Positions 12,524 through 26,539 are shown, numbered from the stretch's first letter. The stretch is 64,000 nt of DNA from Adineta vaga (GCA_021613535.1 CP075495.1:12028001-12092000); one strand, 5' to 3'. Program-made: numbers and translations. Notes: generated by a model from the letters alone, not told the origin.

Positions 12524-14944
12524 TTAAACTTCAACAGCTGATGAAGATGTCGTTAAATCATTTTCATGATGATTACTGCATATCATCGACGGATCTATAC
12601 ATGAATGATGTCGAGCAGGAGAATTTTTCGTTAACATCACTAGATATAAGAGATGAAATGAATAGCTGTGAAGTTTGTTATTATCTTACTTGAATGATTT
12701 GTATCAGAAAAAAATGAATGAGAAGGAGATTGAAGTGGAGCATTATTTTTATCGACAAAGCCAAATGTTGTTACTGTATTTTGTCGACTTGCTGTTAATA
12801 ATGAATCACCACTACGACGATCAGTACTTGTTTGATCGGAAACAGTTTCATAATCTTCAGGTTCTTCATCGAGTGTTAATTGTGATAGACCTAGCAACAT
12901 AAAAAATTTATGTTTCTCTCAAATTGAAATTTTATCTCATACCTTGTGCATATAAATCTCCAAAGACATAATAACACTGTTCAGAAAATGTTAATTTATG
13001 AACTGTATGACGAATATAACCTGCTTTAAGCATGGATGAAGCATATTTTCTTGCATCATTTCGATTCACAAATCCATCGACATGTTCGAATAACCAATTC
13101 ACCAAATCAGATCCTATGATACATATACATATGTTAATAATCAATGTAAAAGAAGATTTCATTCGAACCAAGAAATGATTTTGGAATAGGTATTTTAAGC
13201 CAAATACGATCACGTATATCAAGACCAGAATCAGGTTCAGCCATAGCTCGAATAATAGTATCCATATCCGAATTAACCGTTAAATTAAGATCAAGACCAA
13301 AACCTATTCGATGGAAATATATATGACATGAAATCGAATCTAACTTGAATTCTTACGTTCATTATCAGCGATTGTATTACTTGTACTTGATATAGTTGAA
13401 CTCATATTTGTTGTTGAATTTACTAATGATTGTCGATGATTAGGTGGATGATGAACTAATAATTGATGTTGAGGATTTTGAAATGTATTTTGTACAGCTT
13501 GAGTATGTGCGAGCCATGAGAGAGGATCAACAGGACGTGCTTGTTCATGACGTGGTAATGAAAAATAACCGCGTGGTGTTGGATCCCAACATTTTGCTAC
13601 AACTAATTTTATAGGACTAAAATGAATTTAATAGAAAAATGAAATTTCCAATTCATTTTGAAGAAAGCAATATACCCAGGTTTTTGAACAGTCTCTCGAA
13701 GGATTTTAACAGCATCATCATTAGATAAACCTTCAAAACTAATATCATTAACTTGAAGTATCATATCTCCAGGTTCAATACGACCATCTTGTGCTACTGC
13801 ACCACTAAAAACAAATATTAATCTTTCTTTTCTTTAATCTCAAGTTGATCATTTTATTGTACCCTTTCATTATTGATCCAACATAAATTCCTCCATCACT
13901 ACCACCTTGTCGGTCACTTTGTCCAACAATACTAATACCCAAAAAATTCACAGAATCTAAATGTTATCAAGTAAGTTATGATTTCAATTCGAAATGAAAT
14001 TTTCAATAGATATACCTAAATTCAATGTTACTGTGATAATATTTAACGTCATTGTTGAATCCGAATTTAGACTACTAAATGATGCAGTCTGAAAGAATAC
14101 AAAATAAATAATATAATGTATAAGATAAGATTTTACTCGATCAAATCCAGTTGGTATTCGATGTTTACGTCGACGAGGACGATTACGCCCATGATATCTT
14201 GATGACATAGCAGTTGAATCAGTAACTGTTGAATATCTAATAAAAGATAAAAAAAAAAGAACATCATTGATATTAAAAAGAAAATACTATTTGATCAATG
14301 AAATCCAACCTATCATCTTCTGTTTCATCTAAAAATGTTGTTGATTCTAAATCACTATTTGGAAATGATGCCAATTCATCATTAACTATTCGCTGGTGTT
14401 GTTGTTGTTGTTGATGTTTGAGAAAATATTTTTCATGATCAGCACTATTCCCTGATGTATAACGTCGACTATTTCGTTGTAATCGTGGTTGTTGAATATT
14501 AAATGAACTATTCGTTGTCGATATTGTCATTGTATCATCTCGATCATGATGATAATGTTTCGATTGTCGACTTCCTCCACCACTTGATGTTGTACTACCT
14601 TCAATCGAAACAAGATAAGCGAGAATACGGTCTGGTGTATCAAATGGTAAAACTTGTTCATCATTGATGATTTCTTCTTTGACTTTTCCAATTGATGGAT
14701 CATTCGTTGCAAAGAAAAATTTATATTTTGTACAATTACGATCCAAAGCATTTTTGAAATCCTTTAAACGCGGTGTAGTTGTTAAATTTAATTTTGTTAA
14801 ATAAGGAGGATCTTGATCATCAATATAGTAAAAAATTTTGATTTCGGAATTGATTGGAGTTGAACTCAACGATGATGATGTTGCTGGTAGTGAAGGAGAA
14901 GAAGATTTCTGATCAGTAGGAGATTTATCCACATTATCATTCAT
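12524..14944 (-). CDS. dsh: Dishevelled (DIX-PDZ-DEP), multi-exon
   Basis: DIX ([13 protein letters not shown]...VKEEI); basic region; PDZ ([10 protein letters not shown]...[25 protein letters not shown]); DEP ([22 protein letters not shown]...[11 protein letters not shown]). Confidence 0.96.
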
Positions 14945-16231
14945 GTTTTTTTTTAAATTTAAAATTCGATTAATTTATTATTATACATTCTGAAAATAAA
15001 AAAAGTCAAATAGTCTGTATTTGAGATCAACAAAACAAGACATCGTAATCGTATCGTATCGTAAAAGAAGATCAGATGACGAACAATGAGCAAGCATTTT
15101 ATCGGCATTACTTTTGACTAATAGAAAAGAGGAATCGTTTCTTTTGCTTACTACACACACACACGCACACAAATATATAGATGTGATATCGTTACAATCG
15201 ATAGATGGCATTAGTCATCAAAATTTTCTTCTCATTTATTTTTTTTTCTCTCAGTGATGATATTGTACACATCTATCGTTATCAAATTAACTAACCATAA
15301 TCAATCTTCTATTCGATAAATGTTATGTCTTACAGAATAAATCTCCGTGACGTATTCAGTTACTTAAGAAAAATCGCGAACTGAAGCAGATAAATGGATT
15401 ATCTAATGAGATCGTAAATGCTAAGCTTGAAGGAAAATAATTACTATTATGCGAACAACAATAATCTTCTTTTCATCATATTTAACAGTAAAAGTTTATC
15501 AAGTGAATGATTTAAAAAATGCTCACAAACATAGTACTATTGAATTTTTAATGGTCATTAATATACAAAAGAACAAATTTAGTTCAGTGAAAATAACAAT
15601 GGATTGAATCTGTCCAACGATATTGTATCATTAAAAACATTTTGTATTGCTATAATTCAGAAATAAATCTGATGTATTACATAATATGAAGACATTGGAA
15701 CACAGTACGTAATAAATGAAGGAGGCGTGGATCGACAAAAGTTGTGATTATGTGTACATTCCAGTGGGGGTCTAGTCGATACTGAAAATGAACAATTCTT
15801 TTGCAATTAATCATGTTTATTGTTATGCGTACTCATTGAATGAACTATTTTCTTTTATGAAAAAAAACTGTTCGTAGAATACGAAATCGATTGATTTCAC
15901 AGTTTGTACTTTTTTTGCAAAACCGAATCGCGTAGTTGAATACATTGAAAAAGTTATCTTATCACAAGACGTACATGTACTATTTAGATTTCATTTGTAT
16001 AAAATATCCATATAATTACAATGACATTTAATATCTATGCATTTTAAATTTATTTCACACATTAAAGAAAAAACGTTAGGCATTTCTATGATAAACTTGG
16101 AATATAAAAATAGAACTCGATGACAGTTTTAACATATGACCACGAACAAAGAACGACATAGAATACTTTTTGAAAGCTAAGTATGCATCATCACAAGTAT
16201 ATAGTAGAAAATGACAATGTCAAGAGACTGA

Positions 16232-17143
16232 TTACGCTGTTCCTTGAGCGGTCATAGTTTGAGGTCGAACTCTTCGATCAGGTTTCTTACACATAATCAT
16301 TTGAATGAATTCTTGACGAAATTCACGAAATGTAGTCATATACAATACAAATGAAAGTATGTAGTACGAATAAAGAAAACTATCAAAGAATTTGAGAAGT
16401 GTTCCGTCTGCTGATGAAAAGAAAGCAAATGCTATACTTGATGGTACAGTCATAAATAAGAAGAGAAATATATTGATCACCAATGTAATAGATATTGCTC
16501 GATGTTGTATTTGTGAATTTTGTAAATGTGTTGTACGACGTAGATTTATTAAATGATATATAACACTACTGTTGAATATGACCATCAATATAAGAGGAAC
16601 AAAAGTGCAAACACCTAAATTAACATAATCCCACAATGGATAAATATCATATAACCAAGAGAGAGCACTAATCGTACCATTTGCTCGATAATAGCAAACA
16701 AAAAGAAAAAAATGAAAATTTAAAGCAAAAAGTATAACTACAACACATCCAATTATAATTAGAACACTTTTTGAACGGTTGAACCATGTTCGATGAAGAC
16801 GACTCATAGATAAATATCGATCGAAAGAAACGAATACACGAAGCCAAGCTGATGATTGACCAGAAAAATAACTAATAAATGAGACTAATTTACATGATAT
16901 TAAAGAGTAACGTAAAATATAAACATTCTGTATTGTTGATAGATAATGATCAAGATTCCATCCATATAACATTAAAATATCAAAAATAGCCATGGCACGC
17001 ATATAATGCAATGTTGGTCGTGTTCTTGTATCCCTAAATTTTGCTCGACAGAGTATAATAAACGTTGTAATATTCAATAAAGTGCCCAGAATAAGTAAAG
17101 TTAATGAATGATAAGCAACTATACGAGCTTCTGTTGATGACAT
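16232..17143 (-). CDS. Intronless rhodopsin-like orphan GPCR (expanded family, copy 1)
   Basis: 7 hydrophobic segments, TM3 C...DRY, family motifs GWNLDHY, SSAWLRVF, QHRAISITL. Confidence 0.9.
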   Translation of the reverse strand: MSSTEARIVAYHSLTLLILGTLLNITTFIILCRAKFRDTRTRPTLHYMRAMAIFDILMLYGWNLDHYLSTIQNVYILRYSLISCKLVSFISYFSGQSSAWLRVFVSFDRYLSMSRLHRTWFNRSKSVLIIIGCVVVILFALNFHFFLFVCYYRANGTISALSWLYDIYPLWDYVNLGVCTFVPLILMVIFNSSVIYHLINLRRTTHLQNSQIQHRAISITLVINIFLFLFMTVPSSIAFAFFSSADGTLLKFFDSFLYSYYILSFVLYMTTFREFRQEFIQMIMCKKPDRRVRPQTMTAQGTA

Positions 17144-19729
17144 TCTTGTTTAAATTATTGGCCTAGAAGAAAAAAATTTCTCTATTCTATTTTAATAAAT
17201 ATGTACACTTCGAAAGATTTACATATCTTTAAAAAGGCTTTTGTACTAAGCATAATGAAATGACGTTTTTGAGATTATATTCAATTTTCAGTTTTATAAC
17301 CTTCGGATGATAAGATGACGCGTTTCTTAATCTTATATGTACTTTTCAAAACAAATATGACTTCGAGAAAAATATATTTATAGAATGATTAGCTTGTTCA
17401 AGATATAATCCCTAAACAATGTTTTATTAATAAAACTCTTTTGAAAATTAGTATCAAAATACTGAATGAACATTTGTAAATGGGTTGTCTCGTAATTGAT
17501 AGATAAAAATTGCAAAGTAGCTTCAATTTTCATCAATAATGGAACGTATTTCTTCAATATATATTTCGCTTCATGAGATATTAATGTACTGCTCTTTGAC
17601 AATTCAATCATGCCTTATTGTTCCTAGCTATATGACAAGTTCTCAGTAATGATCATAACTATATTTGAATCACTTTCTTGCTATTCATGATTTTTTTTAT
17701 GAATAATAACGTCATTAATCTCGGATACAAGTTGACAGAAGCTGCGCATCATACGAGTTTTTAAATACTTTCGAAATGGCATTTCCGCTGTCTGAAAAAT
17801 AATTGTCTAACAAAATTTTAGAATTTTAAGTACATTCTCACATTTCAAGATAATATATTTTCGATATACAAAACACATGAAACCTAGGAATCATAAAGTT
17901 GCGTATTCAAATGAAATCTTATATTTAATATTTGTTTGTTATTTGACGTATTCTTATCAATCATATATTTAGTTTTGATTTATCACGAAACTACGAACAT
18001 CTGCTTTATCCGTTTTTAGTTATATTAATTTGATAATTAACTGTCATATTTTCTTTACTCTCTTTCAAGAAAAAACACCAAAATACTTGTCCAATATCTC
18101 TTTAGGTTTAAATCCATGTAGCTAACTTGATAATAGCTTTTTGAACAATATTTTCTAGTCATAAGATTATCTGAAATGTTCTGTTTAACAATGAACATTT
18201 CCTTTTATTGTTAATTGAAAAGTAAATGTGTGTGAGAAGCAAACAATTTAAAAAGTCATTGCATCTTTCTGGAAACTGTGCATAACGTACTATGGTACAT
18301 TTCATCCCAAGTTGATGGGTTAAGATGGTTTTTCATGATGAACTACGGATATATTCAGCTGATAGTATCTAAGTACCGAATTATAATTTACAAATAAATG
18401 ATTATGGCGTATTAGAAAAAAAAACAAGAGTTGTGCCTCTTTCATCTAATTTATATTTAAAAATTCATTTACCTTTGTCACGTATTATGAAGACTTTCTA
18501 CACTACTTAGACAGTGAATAAAGCAACAGATTTCTATGAATGTAATTCATATAAATTAACATCATTTAGTATTTTTTTAACAATATGATAGAAGCATATT
18601 TAATACATTGTAAAACGAAAACTAATCATATTCTGTAACATTTTAATCATTTGTTCAGTAGGTTTCCTATTTTTATTAGAAAACTTTTTAACTAACGAAA
18701 GGTTCGTTGACTAAGCCATTTTATATATTCTCGTACGAATAAATAGGTATACATTTGTTTGATCATTTACATCATAATTCGTGTTTAAACTTGTGTACTG
18801 TAGAGAGTATTCTATTGAGTCTAAATCAGTTCGTACAATAACTGACATCCTTTTATGTAATTTTGGTGGATAGCATTGCATTTTACTGAAAAGATTTCGA
18901 GAATAATTATTGTTGTAGGCAACAGATATGTACTATACAATATTGAAACTTTAGCAAGATTTTATTAGAAGAACGAATAAATCATTTTCGCACTGAACGA
19001 GCACATCTAATAAGAATACTGATTAGAAAACTAAAATACAAATCAAATCTTTAGAAAGATACATTGTAGTTGTTTAGTATTCAAAGATACTAAGTGATAT
19101 GTTCTTTCTATTGATTAATTGCGATAAAGATGAACAATAGAGTTTTATATTTATTTAGGATGCGCTCATAGTAACTTTTTCAACATTTTCATAAATCATA
19201 TCCGTTTATAATCCTGATGTTCGAAACAATTTTTTTCACAAATTTAGTGTTTAAATAATTTATAAGATTCGTAAAAACACTTGCAAGTTGAAGAAATAAA
19301 TTTTCTCTTACTACAGAGTGTCATCAAGAAAAGCATCTCTTCACTAAATACACTGTCACTCACTATATCTGCGTAATACTTTTAATAAATATATCTTACA
19401 CTACATTGAAATCTATAAGTACCCAAAAAGACGCTCATCGCCCGAGAAATCAAACTTTAATAATATAAAGCAACGAAATTACATGAGAGACGTATTATCG
19501 ACTAAGTAAATTAAACATAATGAATATTATCGGAAAAAAAAATCTATAAATACCATTCTAACACCTCAGGTATGATTAGTTCGGAATTAAAAGTCTTTAA
19601 CATATATTTTATATCATCAGCATACTTTCCGTTCCAACTCGTGTTAATATAAGTTTAAAAGCTAGACCAGACGTTATGTTTATTTTATAGTTCCATTTCA
19701 TAATTGGAATATTCACATTCACTCAAATC

Positions 19730-20699
19730 ATGTCTACCAACAATACAGAAGTGACAGTCAAAAGCAGTGCTCCATCGCAGAAGTTATCATTGTTGCCTAT
19801 TATTCATTTACTCTCGTTGTTATTGGCACGCTTTTCAATTCATTGACCTTTCTTATCTATTGTCGACCAAGATTTCGAGATATAGGAACCAGACCAATAT
19901 TTCATTATATGCGTGTCATGGCTATCTTTGACATCTTGATGTTATATGGATGGAACTTTGATCATTATATTTATCCAATTTATGGATTTTATCTTCAAAA
20001 AATTTCATTAAGCTCATGCAAGTTTTTATCATTTCTCAATTACTTTGCTTGTCAATCATCCGCATGGTTTCGCGTATTTGTTTGTCTTGATCGATATTTA
20101 TCGTTGAGTCGACTCCATCGAACATGGTTCAGTCGTTCTAAAAGCATCTTAATTATTATCACCAGCATCATCATATTTTTTTTCCTCCTTAATTTACACA
20201 TCATTATCTTCGCTTGTCGATACGTTGCAGGTGGTCAAATAAGTCTTGCTTCATCATTGTTTGAAATATTTCCAACATGGGATTATGTCAATTTGGTATT
20301 TTATAATTTCTCACCATTTCTCTTGATGACAATACTCAACAGTGGTGTTATCTATCATTTGATCAATCTTCGACGTACAACAACTTTACAAAACTCACGT
20401 ATTCAACATCGAGCAATATCTTCACATTAGTCATTACTACATTTCTTTTCTTATCTATGACCGTACCATCCACTGTTGGATTTGCATTTTTCTGTTGTGA
20501 TAATATGACTATTTTACGATTATTAGATTGTATATTATACACATATCATGTTTTATCATTTCCGTTGTACATGATTACATTTGATGAATTTCGACAAGAA
20601 TGTATTGAAATGCTTATGTTCAAGAAAGCTGATCAAAGAGTCGGACCTCTGACGGTTACTTTACCTCACAGCTTGAATACAAAATCACGATTGGTGTAA
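19730..20699 (+). pseudogene. Frameshifted copy of the orphan GPCR at 22890 (copy 2)
   Basis: Same ATG and N-terminal DNA as the 22890 copy, but with 1-nt deletions near 19777 and 20420 that split it into ORFs 19843-20430 and 20457-20699. Confidence 0.8.
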
Positions 20700-22889
20700 A
20701 AACTGACCTACTCTTCATTTTTGTCCTTCTTGTTGGATTATTAGCACAGTTAAATATGGTAAAAAATGTTGTAATATATATTCAATCTATATTCTGAGAA
20801 TCATTCCTATTAGTTGTTTATCATATAAATCGTTCGTATATAGATGTTGTATTTGATTGTCTCTTGTGTCTTTACTTGTCAATAAATCGGTATGTTCATT
20901 AAATTGCATTACGTACATTTGAAACTTTAAAATAATCTTTGCCAATGATAAAACAGAAAACCCCATCAATTACTTTTAGAAACTATGTATAAAATAAAAT
21001 TCTTATGATATAGATCTAAAACAACGGAATATTTGTTTGGTCTGTAGAAATATTTGAAAAATTGATAAACAGCTCTCGTATGATAGACAAAATACTTAGT
21101 ACATTGTCATTTTTTGCGAAATATTGTGGTTTATGTGTTCTGCGGTATTTATATCATTTGAAGGATAGATTATATTTTCTCTCGAGTTGAAGTACTTCTA
21201 ATGTCATTTGTACACTCGCTTAACTCGTCGTCTTAAACATATCTTTTATCTACACAAAAGATTTTATCAAAAACATGAATAATTCATTCCCTATCTATTC
21301 AAACTCTCCAGTCTCGATTAACCACTTGACAATGGTTTTCCACGTTGATTTTCGGGAACTAGCTTTAATTCTCTATGAAAACTAGGTTGCAATTATCTGA
21401 AGAAAATTCTATTGTAATAATTATACATATGAATCTTCTTGTTTCGGGATGCTGTAAATGTAATGGAAACAGTCCAAGACTTAGGAGAATTTCATTTACA
21501 TACATTACGATTTGAAAATAAACATTTCATTCATTCTCTCATTTTATCAAATTTCTTTAACAACATCAACATCTTCATTAATAATTGTTCTTTTAACTAA
21601 AAGTAATGCTGATAAAGTATGCATCTATAAAATCCAGAACGTGCTTAATTTTCTGTTCTTCAAAAATAGCAATCAAATTTCGAGAGCAATCTTTACTTGT
21701 CAAAAGCTTTTATTGTTTGAACTTATCTTAATCATACTTTCGATTTCCTCGAAACATTAATGAACTACATGTTAGAGATTTTTATAGATATTCCTTGTTA
21801 CTCAAAAATACAAAGATGAAGATTTGCTATTATTGAACTCAAATATTTTTCTCAATCCTTTTCTCTTTAAAATTTATTTCTCTCATCGTGTCAAAGAATC
21901 CGATGTGTAAAAGATCTGTTCTATGATGTTTCCATATTTTCGTGGAAAAAATATTCCAGATCGGAGAAGTTTTTCTTTTTCTGGTATTTTCCAACCAATT
22001 TCGATTCATTCTCAGTCACAGAAGCATCAGGATCATCGGAAAATTTCGAGGATACCATAGTCTTGGGTATCATTTGGCAATTTTGATATGCGAAGGAATA
22101 GTTGCTCTAAATTTATTCCATTGATAATGAGTGACAATTTAAAAATTAACTATCACAAGCATCTCTGCAGATATATTTAGTCACGAATTATTTCAATGAA
22201 GTTTAGAATTCCTTTATGATTTACATGTTATGAATAATTAATCATTGTTTATTTTATTTCTACAAACTATACAATATATATGTCAAAGAACAAACATCAT
22301 GCGGTCTAAGAATAATATAAATCTGATTTCTAAACATTTCTAGAAGTTGACATATTCGAACGATTAGAAAAGATGATAATCTTCATTATCAATTTAGTCC
22401 ATCTGAACGTTACTTTTACCAAATAAGATTATTCACAATCACAAGAGACACACAAATAGGTAAGATTATCTTGAATTCTTTAAGACCATCTCTATCATCA
22501 GAAACATAGCTATAAATAGATTTTAAAAAACATTTCGTATTCTAAATACAGCTATATAAACGTTTGAGACATATTTATTTTGTACGTACAAATGTTCAGC
22601 TAATATACGTAAGTTCAACTCATCATTGGTTTATCTGCGATTTCTCTAATTGCTAACTGAAGCATATATTTTAATTAAATATGCAGAATGAAATGAGATT
22701 TGAATTATTTCAGATGACATAAAATATTACAACATGTATGAGTTGATTGATGATATACAAGGTGACGAACGTTGTTTTTCCGTAAATCTACTTATATTTT
22801 CTACGCCTATAGAAATAGTTTACTATATATATAGATCATCTTTTTAAATGTACTTCAATATTTGCTTGTATTCGTAGTATCATCTCATC

Positions 22890-23846
22890 ATGTCGACCAA
22901 CAATACAGAAGTGACAGTCAAAAGCAGTGCTCCATCAACAGAAGTTATCATTGTTGCTTATTATTCATTTACTCTTGTTGTTATTGGTACGTTTTTCAAT
23001 TCATTGACCTTTCTTATCTATTGTCGAGCAAGATTTCGAGATACAAGAACCAGACCAATACTTCATTATATGCGTGCCATGGCTATCTTTGACATCTTGA
23101 TGCTATATGGATGGAACTTTGATCATTATATTTATCCAATTTATGGATTTTACCTTCAAACAATTTCATTAGGGGCATGCAAGTTTTTATCATTCCTCAA
23201 TTATTTTGCTGCCGAATCATCTGCTTGGCTTCGTGTATTTGTTTGTCTTGATCGATATTTATCGTTGAGTCGACTCCATCGAACATGGTTTAGTGATTCA
23301 AAACATATCTTGATCATTATTGCGAGCATTGTAACATGCATTTTTCTGCTCAATTTTCACTTCTTTTTCGCTTGTTACTACGATTCAAATGGTCTAATCA
23401 CCGTAAATTCTTTAGTATTTCAGATATATCCAACATGGGATTATGTGAATCTGGTAATTTATAATTTCTCACCATTTCTCTTGATGACAATACTCAACAG
23501 TGGTGTTATCTATCATCTGATCAATCTTCGACGTACATCAACTTTACAAAACTCACGTATTCAACATCGAGCAATATCCATCACATTAGTCATTACTACA
23601 TTTCTTTTCTTAGTGATGACCGTACCAGCTACTGTTGGATTTGCATTTTTCTGTTGTGATAATATGACTATTTTACGATTATTAGATTGTATATTATACA
23701 CATATCATGTTTTATCATTTCCATTGTATATGATTACATTTGATGAATTTCGACAAGAATGTATTGCAATGCTTATGTGCAAGAAAGGTGATCAAAGAGT
23801 TGGGCCTCTGACGGTTACTTTAACTCAAACAGTGGCCACGAAATAA
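22890..23846 (+). CDS. Intronless orphan GPCR (copy 3)
   Basis: 318 aa, 7TM, DRY, shared family motifs. Confidence 0.92.
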   Translation: MSTNNTEVTVKSSAPSTEVIIVAYYSFTLVVIGTFFNSLTFLIYCRARFRDTRTRPILHYMRAMAIFDILMLYGWNFDHYIYPIYGFYLQTISLGACKFLSFLNYFAAESSAWLRVFVCLDRYLSLSRLHRTWFSDSKHILIIIASIVTCIFLLNFHFFFACYYDSNGLITVNSLVFQIYPTWDYVNLVIYNFSPFLLMTILNSGVIYHLINLRRTSTLQNSRIQHRAISITLVITTFLFLVMTVPATVGFAFFCCDNMTILRLLDCILYTYHVLSFPLYMITFDEFRQECIAMLMCKKGDQRVGPLTVTLTQTVATK

Positions 23847-25077
23847 CGTCATGAACGTTGAAAAATACTCTCTAACATCGACAAGTTATTACTATAAAAT
23901 TATTAAAATAATTATATGTTGTGTATATGTTGTAGTTTATTATCTATCTATTTATCTCTCTATTCATTAATAAAAGCAATATTTCAAATACAATTTTACT
24001 ACTGATTTTAGAATAATTTTTTCTCGCTTTGAGGAAATACTAGATGATCGAAGACGGTATTAGTAAAGTTGGTGAAAAGTTTATGAATCGAACCGAATGT
24101 TTCTAATATGGTACCAATAATATAGAAAATAATGACAAAGATATAATTACAATTTATTTGTAAAATGAAGTGTGAATGACTTAAGTTCCATTCAGGACGA
24201 GATGAGTAGATTAGGTATAATTCTATGATTCGCTCATAAATTCGGATATATTCATGAATGTTTCTAAATATGAGTGGACATTCTTAGTACTATAGGTAAA
24301 ATCCATAAAAACAAGTGGTCTAGAACATGAAGTTCAATCTAATTTTGTATTAATGTATGTAATTATCAAGACTTTCATTACAGCTATAAGTCTTCATCAA
24401 ACCTTAACAATGCGATAGATTAAAAATATATGACATAGGAAATAATTTGTTTCGATGATTATCTTCGACGAAGACGTTCCATTGTGAAATATAATATTAA
24501 TACAAGTCTATCTTCGAGCATCATTGGTAGGAAATCAATGTACTTTCAGATATTAGCATATATTGTCAATATTGTGCACATAAAATGATTGATATCCAAC
24601 AAAATAATCTAATGGAATATGTGAAAGAATTTGATCTGATGGTTAGCAGAAAGATATACTCTAGAGAACTTAAAATACTGAACTGTTTTAGTTTTAGTCT
24701 TTCGTCAAACTATATATATAGATATACAAAATAATGTTTTGTATTTGCAAAAAAACACACTATTTTGGACTGGACAGTTATTTAATTATAATTATTAACA
24801 TTTAATTCATCTATCAACAATCAGATACAGATTCCAGAATGAACTACGACTCTCAAATGAATGCATATTGCAAGCACTATAGATCTTTCACATGTCACAG
24901 AAATTAAAAGGATTCTAGAAGTTAGCAGGATTAAATTTTCTTTTTGGCTCTTCTTCTTTCAGTTTCAAGATACTTCAGACAAAATAACGAAGTAGAATCT
25001 ATAGAACTATCCTTATATATATATATCAAAATATTTGTTGTTTTTATTCATATTAATTTACAAACAGGAAGGTTATC

Positions 25078-26070
25078 ATGTTTAAAGGATACCACTATCG
25101 ATCTATTTCTTCTGACCTAACGAATAATACTCAACTGTGGAATAATAATAACACTCCAACAGAAGTGAACGAAACAAAATCAACATTTGTTGCTTATTAT
25201 CCATTTTTTCTAATGATTACTGGCACTATTTTTAATTCCCTAACATGTTTTATATTATGTCATTCATCATTTAAGAAAACAAAGAAACAACCAACTATTC
25301 ATTATATGAGAGTTATAGCTATCTTTGATACGCTCATATTATATGGATGGAATTTTCAACATTATCTTTCGTCTGTATATGGATTTACTCTTGAACGATA
25401 TTCAATTCCATCATGTAATTTTTTTCTGTTTTTCGGGTATTTTACAGTTCAAACAGCAGCATGGCTTCGTGTGTTTGTTTGTCTCGATCGATATTTATCA
25501 TTAAGTCGACTTCATCGAACATGGTTTAGTCGATCTAAGAATGTTATTCTTATCATTGTGACGACAATTATTTTATTTATTTTATTTAATCTTCATTTGA
25601 TGATTTTTGGCTATTTTTATACATCCGATGGAACGATTGATATTAATTCTCAATTATATACAATTTTTCCTCTTTGGAATTATATTAATTTAGTTATTTA
25701 TAATTTTATACCATTATTAACTATGATAATCTTAAATAGTGCATCAATATATCATCTAATCCGTCTTCGTCATACAACAGTAATACAAAATTCTCGTATT
25801 CAACATCGATCAATTTCAATTACATTACTTACTACAACATTTCTCTTTTTAATTATGACTACATCTGCCAATATTCTCTTTAGCTTTTTTCAATCTGTAG
25901 TAGATTCAACTATATTACATTTAGCTGATGGATCTTTATTTACTTATCATATTCTTTCATTTCCATTATATATACTTACATTTAAAGAATTTCGACGAGA
26001 ATGTTTTGCATTAATCACATGCGGAAGGACTACATCAAGAATAGCACCTACGATTAATACACGAACGTAA
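25078..26070 (+). CDS. Intronless orphan GPCR (copy 4)
   Basis: 330 aa, N-glycosylation sequons in the N-terminus, 7TM, DRY. Confidence 0.92.
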   Translation: MFKGYHYRSISSDLTNNTQLWNNNNTPTEVNETKSTFVAYYPFFLMITGTIFNSLTCFILCHSSFKKTKKQPTIHYMRVIAIFDTLILYGWNFQHYLSSVYGFTLERYSIPSCNFFLFFGYFTVQTAAWLRVFVCLDRYLSLSRLHRTWFSRSKNVILIIVTTIILFILFNLHLMIFGYFYTSDGTIDINSQLYTIFPLWNYINLVIYNFIPLLTMIILNSASIYHLIRLRHTTVIQNSRIQHRSISITLLTTTFLFLIMTTSANILFSFFQSVVDSTILHLADGSLFTYHILSFPLYILTFKEFRRECFALITCGRTTSRIAPTINTRT

Positions 26071-26539
26071 CTGTAATTTACTTTAAGAAACAAAGATGAT
26101 GATGACGATTGTCAGTAAATGAACTTTGTAATCAATTTAAAAAGAGAATAATCTTTTTTTTTTAAATATAAATCTTGTATAATGAAAGGCTACTAATGTA
26201 TTCTTTTGTTTCTAATTAACTCATCCTACAAATTGTGAAATGATTAAGAAAAACTACTTTCATATGGAAATCCTGTTATTATTCATATTACATTATTAAT
26301 AATTAAGATGATAAAAGAGAAATCAGTAGAATGAATATAATTAACGTAGCTATCAACAAAGACAAAAGTCGCTGTGTTTTCCAAGATATCTCCTTTTCAC
26401 CCATTGACACTATATGAATTGTTCTCCAGCTTTTCTATTAATTAAATCAACAATCTTTTTTCTCTTCAGTTTGTGTACGTAAAAGAATAATAAAGATTTT
26501 ATTCTTTAAAATACAACTTCCAGTATATATTACATTCTA

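Noticed and set aside
17200-22800. Short ORFs and possible TE relics in GPCR spacers
   Set aside because: No terminal repeats, target duplications or recognisable protein motifs found by eye.
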